From positions 14,908,851 through 14,972,850 of the forward strand of contig MU056000.1 of the NCBI GenBank assembly GCA_013239625.1: 64,000 nucleotides of DNA. Reading direction: 5' to 3'. The notes beneath the pieces are model-generated. The model was given only the letters and a program-made list of their open reading frames with translations, searched no databases and was not told the origin of the DNA. The translations under genes and the position numbers were made by a program. Positions within the stretch are counted from its first letter, which is position 1, and the number at the start of each line of letters is the position of its first letter. Below, piece after piece: positions 25,440-39,545 of the stretch. This DNA comes from Lama guanicoe. Lineage: Eukaryota.

Positions 25440-25514
25440 CATCCAGAATAATGTTTGACCAAGTATCTGGGCATCATGGCTAAGCCAAGTTGACACATCT
25501 AATTAATGATCATT

Positions 25515-25910
25515 TGTCCACCCCTTGTTCGATTGTCACCCATATGCATTTTTTAAACCATATTTAATTACCAAATAAAGACAACAACATGGTCATACTT
25601 TGCCTAACATGGTAAAACTATCCTTCACACAATCAAAAGCATACTAAGAATATTTAAATATGATGATATAAAGTCAATATGACTTCTGTTATACTGTGAG
25701 TGTAAGGAGAAAAGAGAGGGATGTGAACAGAGATATTTGCTTAATATATATAAACAAATACACTAGTAATAGAATAAAGAAGAAATGCTCATGACAACCC
25801 TGATTCTTGTAACTGGTCATGTGGTTTTAGCTGGTTTCTATAACTACATTTTTCTACTACCCTTTTTGTATTCTCTTTGCCCTCCACAAGCACCTCTGCT
25901 AGTTGTGCTA
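25515..25910 (-). mobile_element. ERVL internal 3' segment attached to the MLT2 LTR
   Basis: gtccaccccttgt (reverse polypurine tract) directly adjoining the LTR; gtaactggtcatgtggttttagctgg..ctactaccc..ttctctttgccctccacaagcacctc. Confidence 0.7.
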
Positions 25911-26387
25911 TGTAACCCCAGATAGCCAGTCACTTTACTCAAGAAAGGATATCTCCCAGTTAAGTGTAAGAATGAGTGTGATAATGACTATAAGGCATAT
26001 AAAGAGATGTGTTTCATGCTCTCATTCAGCCTCCAGAGTAGTTGTAAAATTAAAAGTTAAACGCATAAACATATATATATATATAAAACTACATAATTAA
26101 AGTATTCTTAATAAAAATAAAATGAAGTGTCTAATTAAATGGAGAGTTAGAGAAATTGCTCTGAGCAAGTAACACTTAAGAAGAAATAAGAGTTGAATGG
26201 GAATTAGGAAAAGAGTTACAAAGGAAACTATTATAAGTAAAGTGAACCATGTATAAGATCCTAATGCAGAAAAGAGGTAAACACATTCTAGGAACTGCAG
26301 TGTGTGTGTACGTGTGTGTGTATGTATAGGTCTTGTGAGAGACACAAGACTAAAATGATTCAATAAGTTAAGACAACGCTAGCTGGT

Positions 26388-26495
26388 TGTGATGGTTAAC
26401 TTTACGTGCAATCTTGGCTAGGCTAAGGTACTCAGTTAAATCAAGACCAAATTTACATTTTGCTGAGGAAGTACTTTGTAGATATGGTCAATATG
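26388..26495 (+). mobile_element. MLT2 LTR 5' fragment
   Basis: tgtgatggttaactttacgtgcaatcttggctaggctaaggtactcagtt..tgctgaggaagtactttgtagat. Confidence 0.7.
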
Positions 26496-28449
26496 TACAG
26501 TTTCTTAAAAATAATACCTTGCTTTCTGTTATTGTAGTTGTGCTAAGGCACAAATGTAGAAGCCTACTGTTTACTACTTTTAAAATTTATAATCTATAAA
26601 TGAAAGTTTGCTGAATCGGGAAAGGGTATAATTAGCTAATCTGAAGTATTAAAATTTCCACAACTGTCTTTATATTTATCTTTAACATTTGTGCTAATAC
26701 CATACCTCTTTATAGAAAAAAGAAGTTATACTCTTAGTTATATCACATCCTTAGTAGTCCAGGAGGTTACATTCACTCTTACTTTTCCTAAACCTGGAAA
26801 AATGCCCAAAACTTTAGCAGGTCTTATATTTTATGCTTGTGGAAGATATTGTTCAATATTAATTATCATCCTCACTAACCCTCACTATGTTACCAGGCAA
26901 TGGAATTCCACTTTAACTTAGGAAAGACAAGAGACACCTAGATCTTAGACAAAATAAAGCCCTACCAGTGTCCTTGGGTATGAATCACGATTAGTTGAAG
27001 GCAGTAATAATAATCCCATTCAATATTTACAGTGGTTAGTCTAATGGTATATTTATAATTCAGTGCTATTCATGAGAAGAAATCAGCTTTAACAGCTATT
27101 GAAAAAGATTACTTCCCAAGGCAAAGCTTTGAAAACAGTTATCTTTATACTCTGCCCTTCCTTACTAATATATACACTTAAGTGAAATTTTAAAGACAGT
27201 ATTTTATGAGGGGAAGTCAATAGAATGACGTAGACGTGATTGTTGAGTGGCTGACCAAAAATGTAACCAACCTCTAGACATGTTAAAGAGACAATACATC
27301 TTAGGATTTGTGACACTGTTTGCTTTTTATCAAAAGTTAAAAAAATTTACAGACTTTTGTATTGGTGCTGAAAAAATGAAAATGTTGATTCAAAAATTAC
27401 CTAACCCATTTTTCAGAATTACAAACTTTGATAATTAAGAGAAGATAGTAGAGATGAGTACTTAGTCTCAAACTGTGGATGTGGGGCTATGATCAGGAGA
27501 AAACCTGTCCAGTGTATTTATGCTGTTCACATATCATCAGTAGTCAGAATTTTCTTAAATGGGGTTGTTTTTGTGAAGCAAACACATTGTTACACCAGAA
27601 AAGGTTGTGAAAAATTTGGCTTCATTACATGAAGTTGATTAGGGAATCTTTCACTTGAGATCAGCTAGAAGTTTTGCCTGGTAATGTGGAAGTTAGTCAT
27701 AAGCTTAAAAAATATAAAACTGTAGACAGCATGCCCTGACAAAAGCATCTAATTTTCTCATGGAAAAGGATCAAGATTCCTTGGTTAGAGGGCATGCTAA
27801 TTATTTGGGACCACATCATGCAAAGATAATTGAGTCCTTCACAAAATGAATTCTGTGTTCCATATAAAGCCCTGTAGCAGCAGTGATAGTTCTGTATCAC
27901 ATAATGAATTGGAACCATATCTGAGCTGTCACTATTGCCCCACATCATTTCAAGTCTGTTTTAAGGATAGCATGACAGCTAAGGTAATCCAGTGGGAGTT
28001 TTTGGTGAGAACTGGACAGCAGCATCCATTATGGATGTTATTGTTCATCATGTCTAGAAAAGCACTTTGATGGAGACCACATATCCCTGGTTCAGTGCAA
28101 TATCTCCAATGTTTTTAACAAAAGTCTGATACAAGATAAATACTGTTGAATGAATTAAGTTAACATAGCATGCATGCCCTGTTAAAAAAGATGCTTGGTG
28201 TGCCTGTTTGAATAATGAAGTAGGTAGACAGAGATGATTAGTTGTAAAACAAAGAGCACATTATAAGCACTACCCTCCATGTCTCTTTAGCTTTAGCTTT
28301 TTCTTAAACTGTAGAACTGTCTAGATTGGATTTCTCACTCCAAAACAAAGCAGAAGCTATTTTATTTTACTTTAAAGAATATATAAATTCAAATACAGTA
28401 TGTGGGTAAAGCAAACAAAACATATACATAGTAAAAACATATTAAGTAA

Positions 28450-29470
28450 AGTAATCAAGGTAAAAGTAAACCAGTGGGAATAAAACTATAAAGTTTCTAC
28501 ACAGCAAAGAGACCAATGGACCAAGTTTAAAAAAAAAACTACAAAAAGGGAAAACATATTTGCATATGTCTGACAAGGGGTTATTATTCAAAATATAAAA
28601 GGAATTCCTACAACTCAATAGCAAGAAAAGTATATCAATAATCTGGATAAAACTGGGCAATGGACTAAAACAGATATTTTCCAAGAAAACATCCAAAATT
28701 GCCATCAGATTAAAAGATGCTCAACATCAATAATCATCAGGGAAACACAAATCAAACCACAATGAGATAACACCCCACACCTACTAGGATGGCCATTATT
28801 AAAGATAAAGTGTTGGATAGGATGAAGAAAAATCAGAACCTTGTACATTGTTGGTGGGAATGTAAAATAATATAGCCAGTATGGAACACAGCATGGAGTT
28901 TACTTTAAAAAAATTAAAAATATCACTACAACAAGATATAGCAATCCCACTTCTGAATATTTATTCAAAAGGATTGAAATCACAATCTTGGGACATCTGT
29001 ACTTCCATGTTCACTGCAACATTATTAACAACAGCTAAGACATAGAAACAACCCAAGTGTGCATTGACAGATGAATGAATAGAGAAAATGTCATAGAAAC
29101 ATACATTGGCATATTATTTAGCCTTCAAAAAGGAGGAAATCCTGCAATGTGTGACCATATGGATAAACCTGGAGGACATTATGCTAAGTAAAATAAGTCA
29201 GTTGCAATAGGACAAGTACTGTATGATTCCAGTCATATGAGGTACCTAAAATAGTCAAACTCATAGAAACAGAGAGCGGAATGGTGGTTGCTATGGGGAG
29301 AGGGAGATGGGGAATAGGGTATTCCATGAGTATAAAATTTTAGTTGTCCAAAATGAGTAAGTTCTAGAGATCTGCTGATCAACATTAAGCATATAGTTAA
29401 CAATACTGTATAGTGCAATTAAAATTTTATTAAAAGGTTAGTTACCGTGTGAAATATTCTTACTATAATA
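28450..29470 (+). mobile_element. L1MA-type 3' portion
   Basis: acagcaaagagac..tctgacaaggggttattattcaaaatata..aagatgctcaacatca..gataaacctggaggacattatgctaagt..gagtaagttctagagatctgctg. Confidence 0.9.
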
Positions 29471-32400
29471 GAAAGAGAAATATACTAAAATTAAAGTTGT
29501 AAAGATGATGAACATTAAGTTGAATATACAGTGTTTCAAGTCGGGGTAAATGTGGAAGTACGAAGGACAGAACAGAATAAAAGATGACTCTGGTTCCTTT
29601 ATTAGGATTTGAATGTATTGTGGCACCAAATGGTTGAACTCTAGAAAAGACAAGTGATGATTTACGAAGTATGACCACTGGATATTTATGGACTTGCACT
29701 GAGGGTATTTTCCATCTATCCAAATGTAGATGTCAAAAAGTTACTTACATTCATTCATTCATTCAGAAACTACTGTATGCATATATATATATATGTATGA
29801 GTTGACTGATTGGTTGATTGACTGATTGATGGCATTGTGTGTCTGGACACTGTACTAAGCATTGGAGTTAGAGAAAGAACTGATTCAGAGAGAAACATCT
29901 TTGTCATCCAGAGAGAAAAACTGATGTTTTGGTGGTCAAAGACACAGAAGAGAGAGTTTTGAGATAAAAGAACTTGTAAACATTGTTGATTGTTGCTAAA
30001 AATTCAGATAATGTGGGAAAACCCAAAAGCACCATTAATTTAGAAGCATATAGAACACTGTTGACCTTGGTCAGTGCAATATATATAAAGAGGTGGAGAT
30101 GGGGGCTGAACTGTGACTGTCCAAAACTTGAGCATTTTATACTAGCAGCTATAACTCATAGTTCGCTTTGTTAATTACACTAGTGAAGATTAAAACATTT
30201 AGTCAAGGAAGCAGAGGCACTAGGCTTTCAGAGAAACACTAAATAGTCCTATTTTTTTCCTTCAACTTGTTGATACATATGATATTTGGGTACATAGAGT
30301 ACTGAATTTGGGCATGGAAAATAAAATATGCAACCAACTACATAAAACAAAGACCAAAAATGCTGATCCACTCAAAGGTTAGGTAAAATGTCACTAACAC
30401 CAACTGGGGTCAAAGCATCCTAGAAGGGAAAAATATCTGCTATCCTCTGCAAATTACTTTCTAGCAATTGCTTTATTACTCTGGTGCTTCAAGTTCATCT
30501 CTTCTCCATGGCAGCTAATGAAAAAGTCTGAAAAATTCTGGGTATCCTGGAATTATTTTGGTGAGCGAGCTTTTCTAAACAAAGAGAGTGTATTATGTAT
30601 AGATAATGTATATAATAAATCAGTTGATATTATGTAAATACATAATATATGATATATAAATATATAATGCATTGCACATACTTTTATTTTATATGGAAAT
30701 ATGTATACCATATACGTCATGTAACCTATATACATATATGTGTGAAAAAATATAGAATACAATCACCTAGCTTTGACTAAACAATTTATATCTAGTAAAG
30801 ATAATAGCTTTGTTTTTCCTAAAACAGTTTAAAATAGAATATAAGCATGTTCTGAGTTGGCTAGTTATTTGATTAGTGTATTCTGTGAAAAGGAGCTATA
30901 ATTCTAAATTTTTATTTCTTTTTAATTTTATAATGCATAAGAGTATACATAAATTGATAGGGCGAATATTTCTCCAGTTCCTATAGTTTATGCTGACTAT
31001 AGTTTATACATTTTGAATACTTCCTATTATATCATGTCCTCTCTATTGGTTTATAATTTAATTACCTTTTTACAAGCCCAATGCTAGTTGGTACATTCCC
31101 TTTTTTCCAGGATAATGCAAGGATCCTGAAAAATATATATCTAGTTCACACTATTCAACTGACATGTCCTTGTCATTCTGTATTTCAATACTAAATATTT
31201 TGTCGAATTTCAAAAGGATAATGTTCGGCAATCATAATTAATTTTGATTTACTGCCGTAGTTACCATTTCCATTGCCCTTCATTCCTTTTGTGTTGTTTT
31301 ATAATCCTGTCCCCATGACCTTCTGTCTTTCCTGATCTCTACTTTTGTGATTTCCGCAGATGCTGGCTTGCTCTCAATCTTTCATTCAGTTTTTGTTTCC
31401 ATAACACTTATCTCTTGAATTATTTGTTTTATTATTAAAATAAAAAAATTCTTCTGAGATATTTCTATGCTCTTTTATGTTTCAGTCATCTAACAAAAAT
31501 CTTCATTTCATATCTTATCTCCTCTATAACTCCAGTTTCTGAAACGCTTACAGGTCTATTTCTACTTTCTGTTGATCTTGCTGGATGTTATTCATAATTT
31601 CTATTCTCCCAGGTCCTGATCACTTTTATAGGAATGTGGCAAGTGGTTAAAACATGTTTTCAAATATTGAATACTAATAAGAATATATTCCTTCTGATAA
31701 AATATATTTGTTTATTCCAGATGTCTCAGTCCATTAGTAAACCAATATCATGATATTTTAACTTTAAAGGTTAAAGTCATTCAAGGCTAGTTTTTGGTTA
31801 AGTGCCAGAAAATGTGTGCCTGGCTCTTTCAGAGTTACAAAAATAAAGGCTTTCAGGGTGGTGATTAGCAGAACAGAGGAAGTCTAATGTCCAAACTTTG
31901 TTCCTATATTCCTATGAGACTCTTAAAAGCACATTTCAGGTTGTCTGCTGCCTCTTCCAAAAAAGGACAGATGTACACTGGGGAAAAATAGTTCCAAATG
32001 CTAGACTCAGATCTCAGAATATGTGTTATTTTCTTCCCTGGGAGGTTGGCCCAGAAATTCTTAGCAATTGTGTTAGCTCTTTGATGCCTACAAGCAGATT
32101 TTTAAAATATCTATATTGTCCAGCTTTCTTAATTGCCTTCGGTAGAAGAATTGGTCTTGATCTGAGTCACCATTACTATATGTAAAACTCTTACATATTC
32201 TTTGTAGGATGAAAAAAATCTGTCATGTGACTGTATGTAATAATAGGGCAAAGAAAATAAAAGAACTTTGATAAAAATGACTTGAAAAGGAAATTTTATT
32301 GAGAGTCTGCTTTTCTTACAATTTCTCAAGAGTTTGGCTGCAGTTGAACCATTTTATTTCTTCACAATAGCCAATATAGTGTTTTACATGCAATAAATAC

Positions 32401-32824
32401 ATTTCATGAAGAAAGGCAAGTTGAAATATCATATGCTGCTGGTGTTTTAAGATCTTAATGTTGGTTATTATTTTACATGGACAAATACAGCCTATTACCT
32501 TTCATTAAAGGTCATGATTTTTTTCCAATAAAGAAAATGAATTAGAACATGAAAAAAGTAAGAACTTCAATACTTAAATCAGCTTAACTGAATTTCCTAC
32601 GCAGTTCAGGGAGGAGAAAAAAAAAATGATAGAATCCCAGGGGTTTTCTGAAAGTTCTTGACACCTACTAGCAACATAGGCTTCAGAAATATTATTTGAT
32701 TAATATTTCTTATAAAAAAGCAAAGAAAAAAGGTCATTCAAGATTAGATTAATATATTCTGATTATCTACTTCATGAGTTGTGTGGCTTGGGGTAAATAC
32801 ATTAGAATTAGAACATTTAAAAGG

Positions 32825-33385
32825 ACAATCCCACTTCTAGGTATATACTGCATATAATTGAAAATCGGGACTCAAATAGTCGTTTGTAAAACAGTGTTCA
32901 TAGCAGCATTATTCCTAATAGCCAAGTGTAAAAAAAAACAAAATGGCTATTGATAGATGAATGGCTAAATACAAGTTAGTATAAAAATACAATGGGATAT
33001 TATTCAGCCTTAAAATGGAATGAAAGTCCAACACATGCTACAATGGAGATGAGCTTTGAAGATATTGTGCTAAGTGAAATAACACAGTTGCAAAAGAAAA
33101 ATATTGCATGATTCCATTTATATAAGGCACTTGGAATAGTTAAATTTATAAAGAAATAAGGTAGAATAATAGTTACCAGGGTTTGGGGGAGAGATTATTA
33201 TGAGTTATTGTTTGACTGGTACAGATTTTCAGCATAGGATAATTAAAAAGTTTTAGAGATGGATAAAGATGATGGTTACACAACGTTAATGCACTTAATA
33301 CTACTGAACTGTACATTTAAAACAGTTAAAATGGCAAAATTTAATGTAGTGTACCTTCTACCACAATAAAAAATAAAATAAAAAT
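32825..33385 (+). mobile_element. L1MB-type 3' end
   Basis: caatcccacttctaggtatatac..gttcatagcagcattattc..gatgatggttacacaacgttaatgcacttaatactactgaactgtacatttaaaa..ccacaataaaaaa. Confidence 0.85.
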
Positions 33386-33389
33386 ATAT

Positions 33390-34240
33390 TTTTAACACTG
33401 TATACCTAATAAAATAGTCAAAATCTGGAACACTGACAACAAATCTGGTGAAGATGTAGGGCAGTTGGACCTCACTCATTGCTGGTGGGAATAAAAAATA
33501 ATAGACATTCTGGGAGATAGTTTGAAGGTTTCTTACATAACTAAACATACTCTTTGCATATGAGCTCACAATCTTTCTCCTTGGTATTTACGCAAAGAGT
33601 TGAAAAATTATATCCACCCAAAATCCTGCATGGGAGTATTTATAGCAACTTTATTAATAGTTGCCAAAGCTTGGAAGCAACCAAGATGTTCTTTAGTAGG
33701 TAAATGTATAAATAAACAGTGGTACATCCAGGCAATGGAATATTATTCAGCACTAAAACAAATGAGCTTTCATAGAGCTTTTATGAATGAAAAGACAGAG
33801 AAAACTTAAATGCTTATTATTAAGTGAAGAAGCCAATCTTAAAAGTCACATACTATTTGATTCCAAACATATCACATTCTGGAAAAGGCAAAACTATCAA
33901 AATATTAAAAAGCAAAATTAAGGATTGCCAGGGGTTCAATAATAAGAATGAATAGGCAGAACATAGAGGATTTATAGGGCAGTGAAAATAATTCCTAAGT
34001 CACCAAATTATGGAAATATGTCATTATACATTTGTCCAAACCTATAGAATATACAACAGCAAGATTCAACCACAATGTAAACTATGGACTTTCAATGATT
34101 AAGGTACTTCATGTGGGTTCACAAATAGTAAAAACTGTACCACTGATGGGGGATGTTGGTAATAGTGGAGGAGAGGGATATGGGAAATCACTGTAGCTTA
34201 TTTTTATGCTGTAAACTTAAACCTGCTCTAAAAAATTAAG
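33390..34240 (+). mobile_element. L1MC-type 3' end
   Basis: ctcactcattgctggtgggaat..gccaaagcttggaagcaaccaagatg..cattctggaaaaggcaaaacta..aatgtaaactatggactt; ORF 33600-33809 is ORF2p C-terminus-like. Confidence 0.85.
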
Positions 34241-34744
34241 AAAACATTTTCTCCCCCACTTGGTCTGGAGACTGTAGTAAATAACTTTTTCCAATAAAAA
34301 TGACAGCTGCACCCATGACATATATTTGGGGAAAATAGAGACAGTGTTCCTAACATTAAGGAGCTCACAATCAAGTAAATATTTTGTGTAATATCCAGTG
34401 AATTTGTCTTTGATTTGTTTTGCCTAAGATTGTATCGTTAGATTGGAAAATATTCCTTGTAAGTGTCTTATAATGTTTTTAAAAGGATAAACACAAGCAC
34501 ACATATGCTATGTTTGTGTATCTGTGAGTTTATGTATATTTATACTTTTGGCTATGATTTTTATCCACCAAGAAAGATTGACTCAAGAATATAATCTGAG
34601 CAATTCAAATTAGCATTTTCCTACAATTGTGTGAATCAATATAAAAAAAAAACCTTTAAACATTCAATAAGGAAAACTAGCACAGTTGCATTTTCACTTA
34701 CAGATGTAATCATGCACTATATGGCGATCCTTACAGTATTGGCT

Positions 34745-34880
34745 CAAATCACAAGGTACCTGGACCAGAAGCAGCATCACTTAAACCTGGGAACTTGTTA
34801 GAAATGCAATTTCTCTGGCCTCACTCCAAACCTATTGAATCAGAATCTCTGGTTAGAGCCCAGCAATCTGATGATTTTTC
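34745..34880. mobile_element. MER5A-like hAT-Charlie MITE fragment
   Basis: gcagcatcac..cctgggaacttgttagaaatgcaatttctctggcctcactccaaacctattgaatcagaatctctgg..cccagcaatctg. Confidence 0.8.
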
Positions 34881-36559
34881 ACTGAATATATTTTGAGAAA
34901 TATTGCCATCCACTTTCAAATAAAAGAATAAGTACATCAAACTGTTTATTACAGAAAGAAAATCAATATATATCAATAAATTAATTTCAGAGTACATTTT
35001 ATTTGAGAAACAAAGCATTATTTCATCCACTACCCTAATACATTACAGAAAGAGATTCTGACACATATCACCTTCTTAGATATATTGGAAACTTAATATC
35101 AAATTATGTCTTTCTCTAAAAATAAAAAGGAATTTGAGATGTTGATGAGGATAAAATAATTTGGGGTGATATATCTACACATCAAAATTACGCTTTTCAT
35201 CTGTATATATTAAAATGCAAGATTGAAAATTGTGTAATGTAATAGAAGCTGTCAGCTGTATTTCTAAAGTAGCAAATTGTTTACAAAAGTGACTGAATTC
35301 AAATATGCATGTGTTGCATAATGTTCTTGTAAAAAAAAAAATCAGAGCTGCTTAATGGGAAAGGCATTAGACTGGTTCTCGGACACATGGCCAGATGGTA
35401 TTTCTTGCTGTGCCACTTACCAGGTTACAGGTTTAAGCAGGTCACCTACACTGGAACTTCTATGTGATTAGACTATCACTATAAAATCATGTAATTACAC
35501 AATGCACAGATTTTTTATTTAACACAAAATATTTGAGGAGATAGGATTTTAGGTTAAAGAGAGTGATATCACCCAAAGGCACGCTTTATGGCCCAGTTTA
35601 AAGTCAAGGATTATCTGGAAGAAGAGACTTCTTGGATTAGCATCCCTAATGCTGCTAGATCTTAGAAAGCTAAAAGCATAGAAGGGCATAGGCAGATAAT
35701 AAAAATTAAAACAAACCAAAAAAAAGCAAGATAGAAAGAAGGAAAGAAAAAAAGAAAACAGGGACGACATTTAAGGCACTGTTACTCAGAAGAGTCATGC
35801 CACATTATTCAGGACATAGTGGCAAGTCCAAATGAAAACAAATATGGGCCAAATAATTGAAAGTAGTGACTGGGCTGATAAAAATGGAAATTTCTGTAAG
35901 GGTAAATAGACTGGCAACTGTATGCAATAGAGGAAATCAGTCATTAAGCTTTTGAAATGTAGAAACTCAGATACCAAAAAAAAACCACTTAATTTTCTGT
36001 AACTGAGTTATTCTTACTCATCTACCCCATCCATCTGAAGGCCGAAGAAACCTAAAGCATATATTTAGGTTAATAATTCTTCTGGTTTAAAATGACCTTC
36101 ACTTAATTTATGGTTCTGTAAGTAAGTATTTAGTCAAACATAGCTCAAATTTTCTATCAAGACCGATTCTTCTCATTCATCTCCCTAAGAAGGCATCTGG
36201 GTGAAGACTTAACACAACTGCTTAGTGACGTTGGGTCATTATGTTGTTCTTTGTGGTCTACTAGTGTCAGGTTTAAGAAGATACTAATGTAAGATTGTGT
36301 GGTCCCTAAGTGTCCAGGATCCATGCCCACTGAAACATTATTTGTCCTACCAAGTTGCTTTCTTTTTTTTTTTTTTTTGTCTCTACCCATGGATAATATT
36401 TCAGGTCTATACCTACCTGCATGCAGTGGCCCACTGTGATTTTCTGATTCTTATCCCAGAACTTTTCTGATTAACTGGTTGGTTCACTGTTTCTGCATTC
36501 TCATATTGGGTACTTATTTCATATGCTGCCCGAGTGAGTAAGGCCAATACTTTCAATCC

Positions 36560-36985
36560 ATCATTTGTTGTCTCCCTAGATTCTTTCCTCATCTGACATC
36601 TTTGAACTGTGTCTGCTAGGTTCCCTTTCCATGTATTTTCATGTTGTGGTCAGCCAGTGAGATGCATCAGCAAAAGATCAGAATGTAGGAGGCAAGGGAG
36701 TTGGCATAATTGCCTCTTCCCATCCCTCCCTGCCTACTCAAGGTTTGGCCAGTGGCTGTATTTTTCTATAGCAGTAGCCCCTCTTGGAGGCTCCACTTTT
36801 AACCTTTCTATTGTCCCCTGACTTTTGTCACAGATTTCCCATCCTTGCATCTTAAACCCAGAGGTGGTAATGGCTCCCTCTTATTGGTCTCTGGTACTTC
36901 ACTTCCTCGTTTGGTTCCCTTAAACGTCATGAAATTCCCAAAATTCTCTTTAGTTTTCCCGTCACTTTGATGTCAAGAACTTGAC
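36560..36985. mobile_element. Old ERVL-class LTR (LTR33-like)
   Basis: gtggtcagccagtgagatgcatcagcaaaagatcaga..ccctccctgcc..cagtggctgtatt..gaggtggtaatggctccc..ttggttcccttaa. Confidence 0.55.
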
Positions 36986-37679
36986 TAGTTAATTTTGTTA
37001 ATCATCTTTCAATACCGTCAACCAGCCATGAAGTATTACATAGCTTCAATAAGATGTCTGCTTTAATGAGCATTCACTAACTTCAGGTTATTCTTGGGGG
37101 AAAAAAAGAAGTAATCTACACTAATTGGAAGGCCATTCAAACATATATAGTGTATTTACCATGCTTGGTCTCGCATAAGGAATTTTCACCAAAGGAGAAA
37201 TCTAGGATCATAAGCTCTAAATTCTCCTGCTTCTCTGCCCCATCCTCCCTTCTCCCTCCCCTAAGCACTTCCCCTTTCAAATTTCCTCTCTTTCTCTTAA
37301 AAGAATATCCTCTTAACACATTGTTTGTAGACATCAGTCTTCTGCTTCTCTATGACAAGTAAGATAAAAGGTTATCAAGAAGGGAAAAAAAAAGAAAGGA
37401 AAAATCCCAGTGAAAAGACAAAACATTGTGTTACATATTTTTTAAAGTCAGAAGATACGAATTTTGAGATCTAACATTCATAAAAGGGAGGCAGAACGTA
37501 TTGTCTTGGCTGGGTCATTGTAGGAAAAATTAAAATTGTACTTGACAAGACTAAGGGATTATAAGATCAGAATGTCATATATATGTAAATATAGGCTATA
37601 AAAAGTAAGAAAAGAAAAAAATGTAAGCCAGGTAATGAATTTGTAAAAGAAATTGGGATATTGTGGAGATTTAAAAAAT

Positions 37680-37965
37680 ATGACAGCTTTGATGAGATAC
37701 ATACAATTCATACTACTTTATACAGATATACAGATGTAATTCATACATACCATGCAGTTCACCCATTTAAAGTGTACTGTTCAATTATTTTATTATACTT
37801 ACAAATTTGTGTAATTACCATGCTAATTCCAGAACACCTTCATCATTTCAAAAGGAAATTCCTTAACTATTAGCAATTACCCTGTAATTTCTCAAGTCTT
37901 CCAAGCCCAGGCAACCACTAATATATTAGTCTATATATTTGCTTATTCTGTACATTTCATAAAAG
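37680..37965 (-). mobile_element. L1MB-type 3' end
   Basis: gtaattcatacataccatgcagttcacccatttaaagtgtac..ttccagaacaccttcatcatttcaaaaggaaa..gcccaggcaaccactaat. Confidence 0.8.
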
Positions 37966-39211
37966 CAGGTAGCTTCCTTCCTTTACCACTATGGATAGAC
38001 ACTATGGTGATATGATGTTATTTATACATACTGATTAATATTTACAGCATGTGAAGCAAAGAGTGTGACTAGGAATAAAGTAGAGCATAACCATAAGTGA
38101 ATACATTCACTGAAAATATTCTAAATAGAATATGTTTTGATTTTCTTATTTCCATTAGAACAGATTCAAGTTATGCTACCAATAATTTAATAGTTCAGTC
38201 ATGTTTATATAGATGCTATTTTTCCATATTCTTCCACTTCTGCCATTTAGTTTCATATATATATTCATATGAATTGCATGTTACATATATATATATGTAC
38301 ATAAAATCTTATTTGGAGGACTTATGTTTCTAACTCATAAAGCAAAGTCTGGCATAGACTCAGTAAGTGCTCCGTTTAGGTGTTTTTTTCTAACAATCAG
38401 TTTTGCAATTAAAGAATTGTGTGCTGAATTTTTGCTTTCTGTCTGTTAGTATTTACATATTTCTTGGTCTCTGTCACTATCTACTTCACCATTGTGAAGT
38501 GACATTGTGACAAAGATGAAAAAATAAATGGAAGAAAAAATCAATAGTTATTCTCAGATACAAGTGTAAGGAATATGCAAAGTATCTCTTTATGAGATTT
38601 TTCTACATCACTGAACAGTTTTGAGTCTGCTACTTGGTATGAATGTGATCAGCAGAATCCAGTCTGAGCAGATCAATCTTTGCTTTAAACTATTTTCAAG
38701 CATACATTTAAAAATTTAAGATTTTCTTCCAAATTATTGATTTGTTAGTATTCTTTCTTTGGTTCTTATTCTCATCTCAGAGAATTTAATCTTCCTGTCT
38801 CATCAGCCTCTTTGAATATGATACCATTGTAGTACAGATTTCAATTTTTAAACCAGTAATTGACACTAGCAATATCCATTAAAGCAGAATATATTTTTCA
38901 CTGATATTTTGGGAAAGTAAATTTCATGGCAATTTCCTGTGTTAAGTTAATTTGCACATGTGACAAGTAGATACATTGAGAAGACCAAACATAAGTCTGT
39001 CCAGCTTGCTCCCATAAAAATTTGTGAGTTGCCTATGTTTGGTTGGACATTTAATGCTAAGGGCTATGGGTTAAAGAACATGGGAAAAATAGTCTTTACC
39101 TTGGAAGTGCACACTGTGCTTCAGGAGTGCCTGATACTTAAAAAATTGTTACCATAATAGGGTGAAGAACATTCATAAGCTGTTATTTAAGCATAAAAGA
39201 GGTTATCTCCG

Positions 39212-39545
39212 TCTTTTTTTTCTAGCACATAATATAGTGATTCAATATTTCCATACATTTCAAAATAACCACCATGGTAAATCTAGTTCCCATCTGTTAC
39301 CATACAAAGTTACTACATAGTTATTTACTATGTATCCCGCACTGAACATTTCGTACCCATGACTCATTTATTGTATAGCTAGAGTTTCTATTTCCTAATA
39401 TCCCTCACCTATTTCTCTCATCCTCCCAGTCCCCTTCCACCTGTTTGTTCTCTGTGCATATGATTCTTTGTTATGTTTGTTCATTTGTTTTGTTTTTAAT
39501 AGATTCAACATGTTAGTGAAATCATACAATATTTGTCTTTCTCTA
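39212..39545 (-). mobile_element. L1 3' end fragment
   Basis: catctgttaccatacaaagttactacatagttatt..tagattcaacatgttagtgaaatcatacaatatttgtctttctct. Confidence 0.8.

Larger units (their letters stand above)
24723..25514 (-). mobile_element. MLT2 (ERVL) LTR containing a (GATA)n tract and an L1 insertion
   Basis: tgtattagtcatggttctccag..ggccttcaactgactggatgaggcccacc..actgatttaaatgttaat..catccagaataatgtttgaccaagtatctgggca..gccaagttgacaca. Confidence 0.9.
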
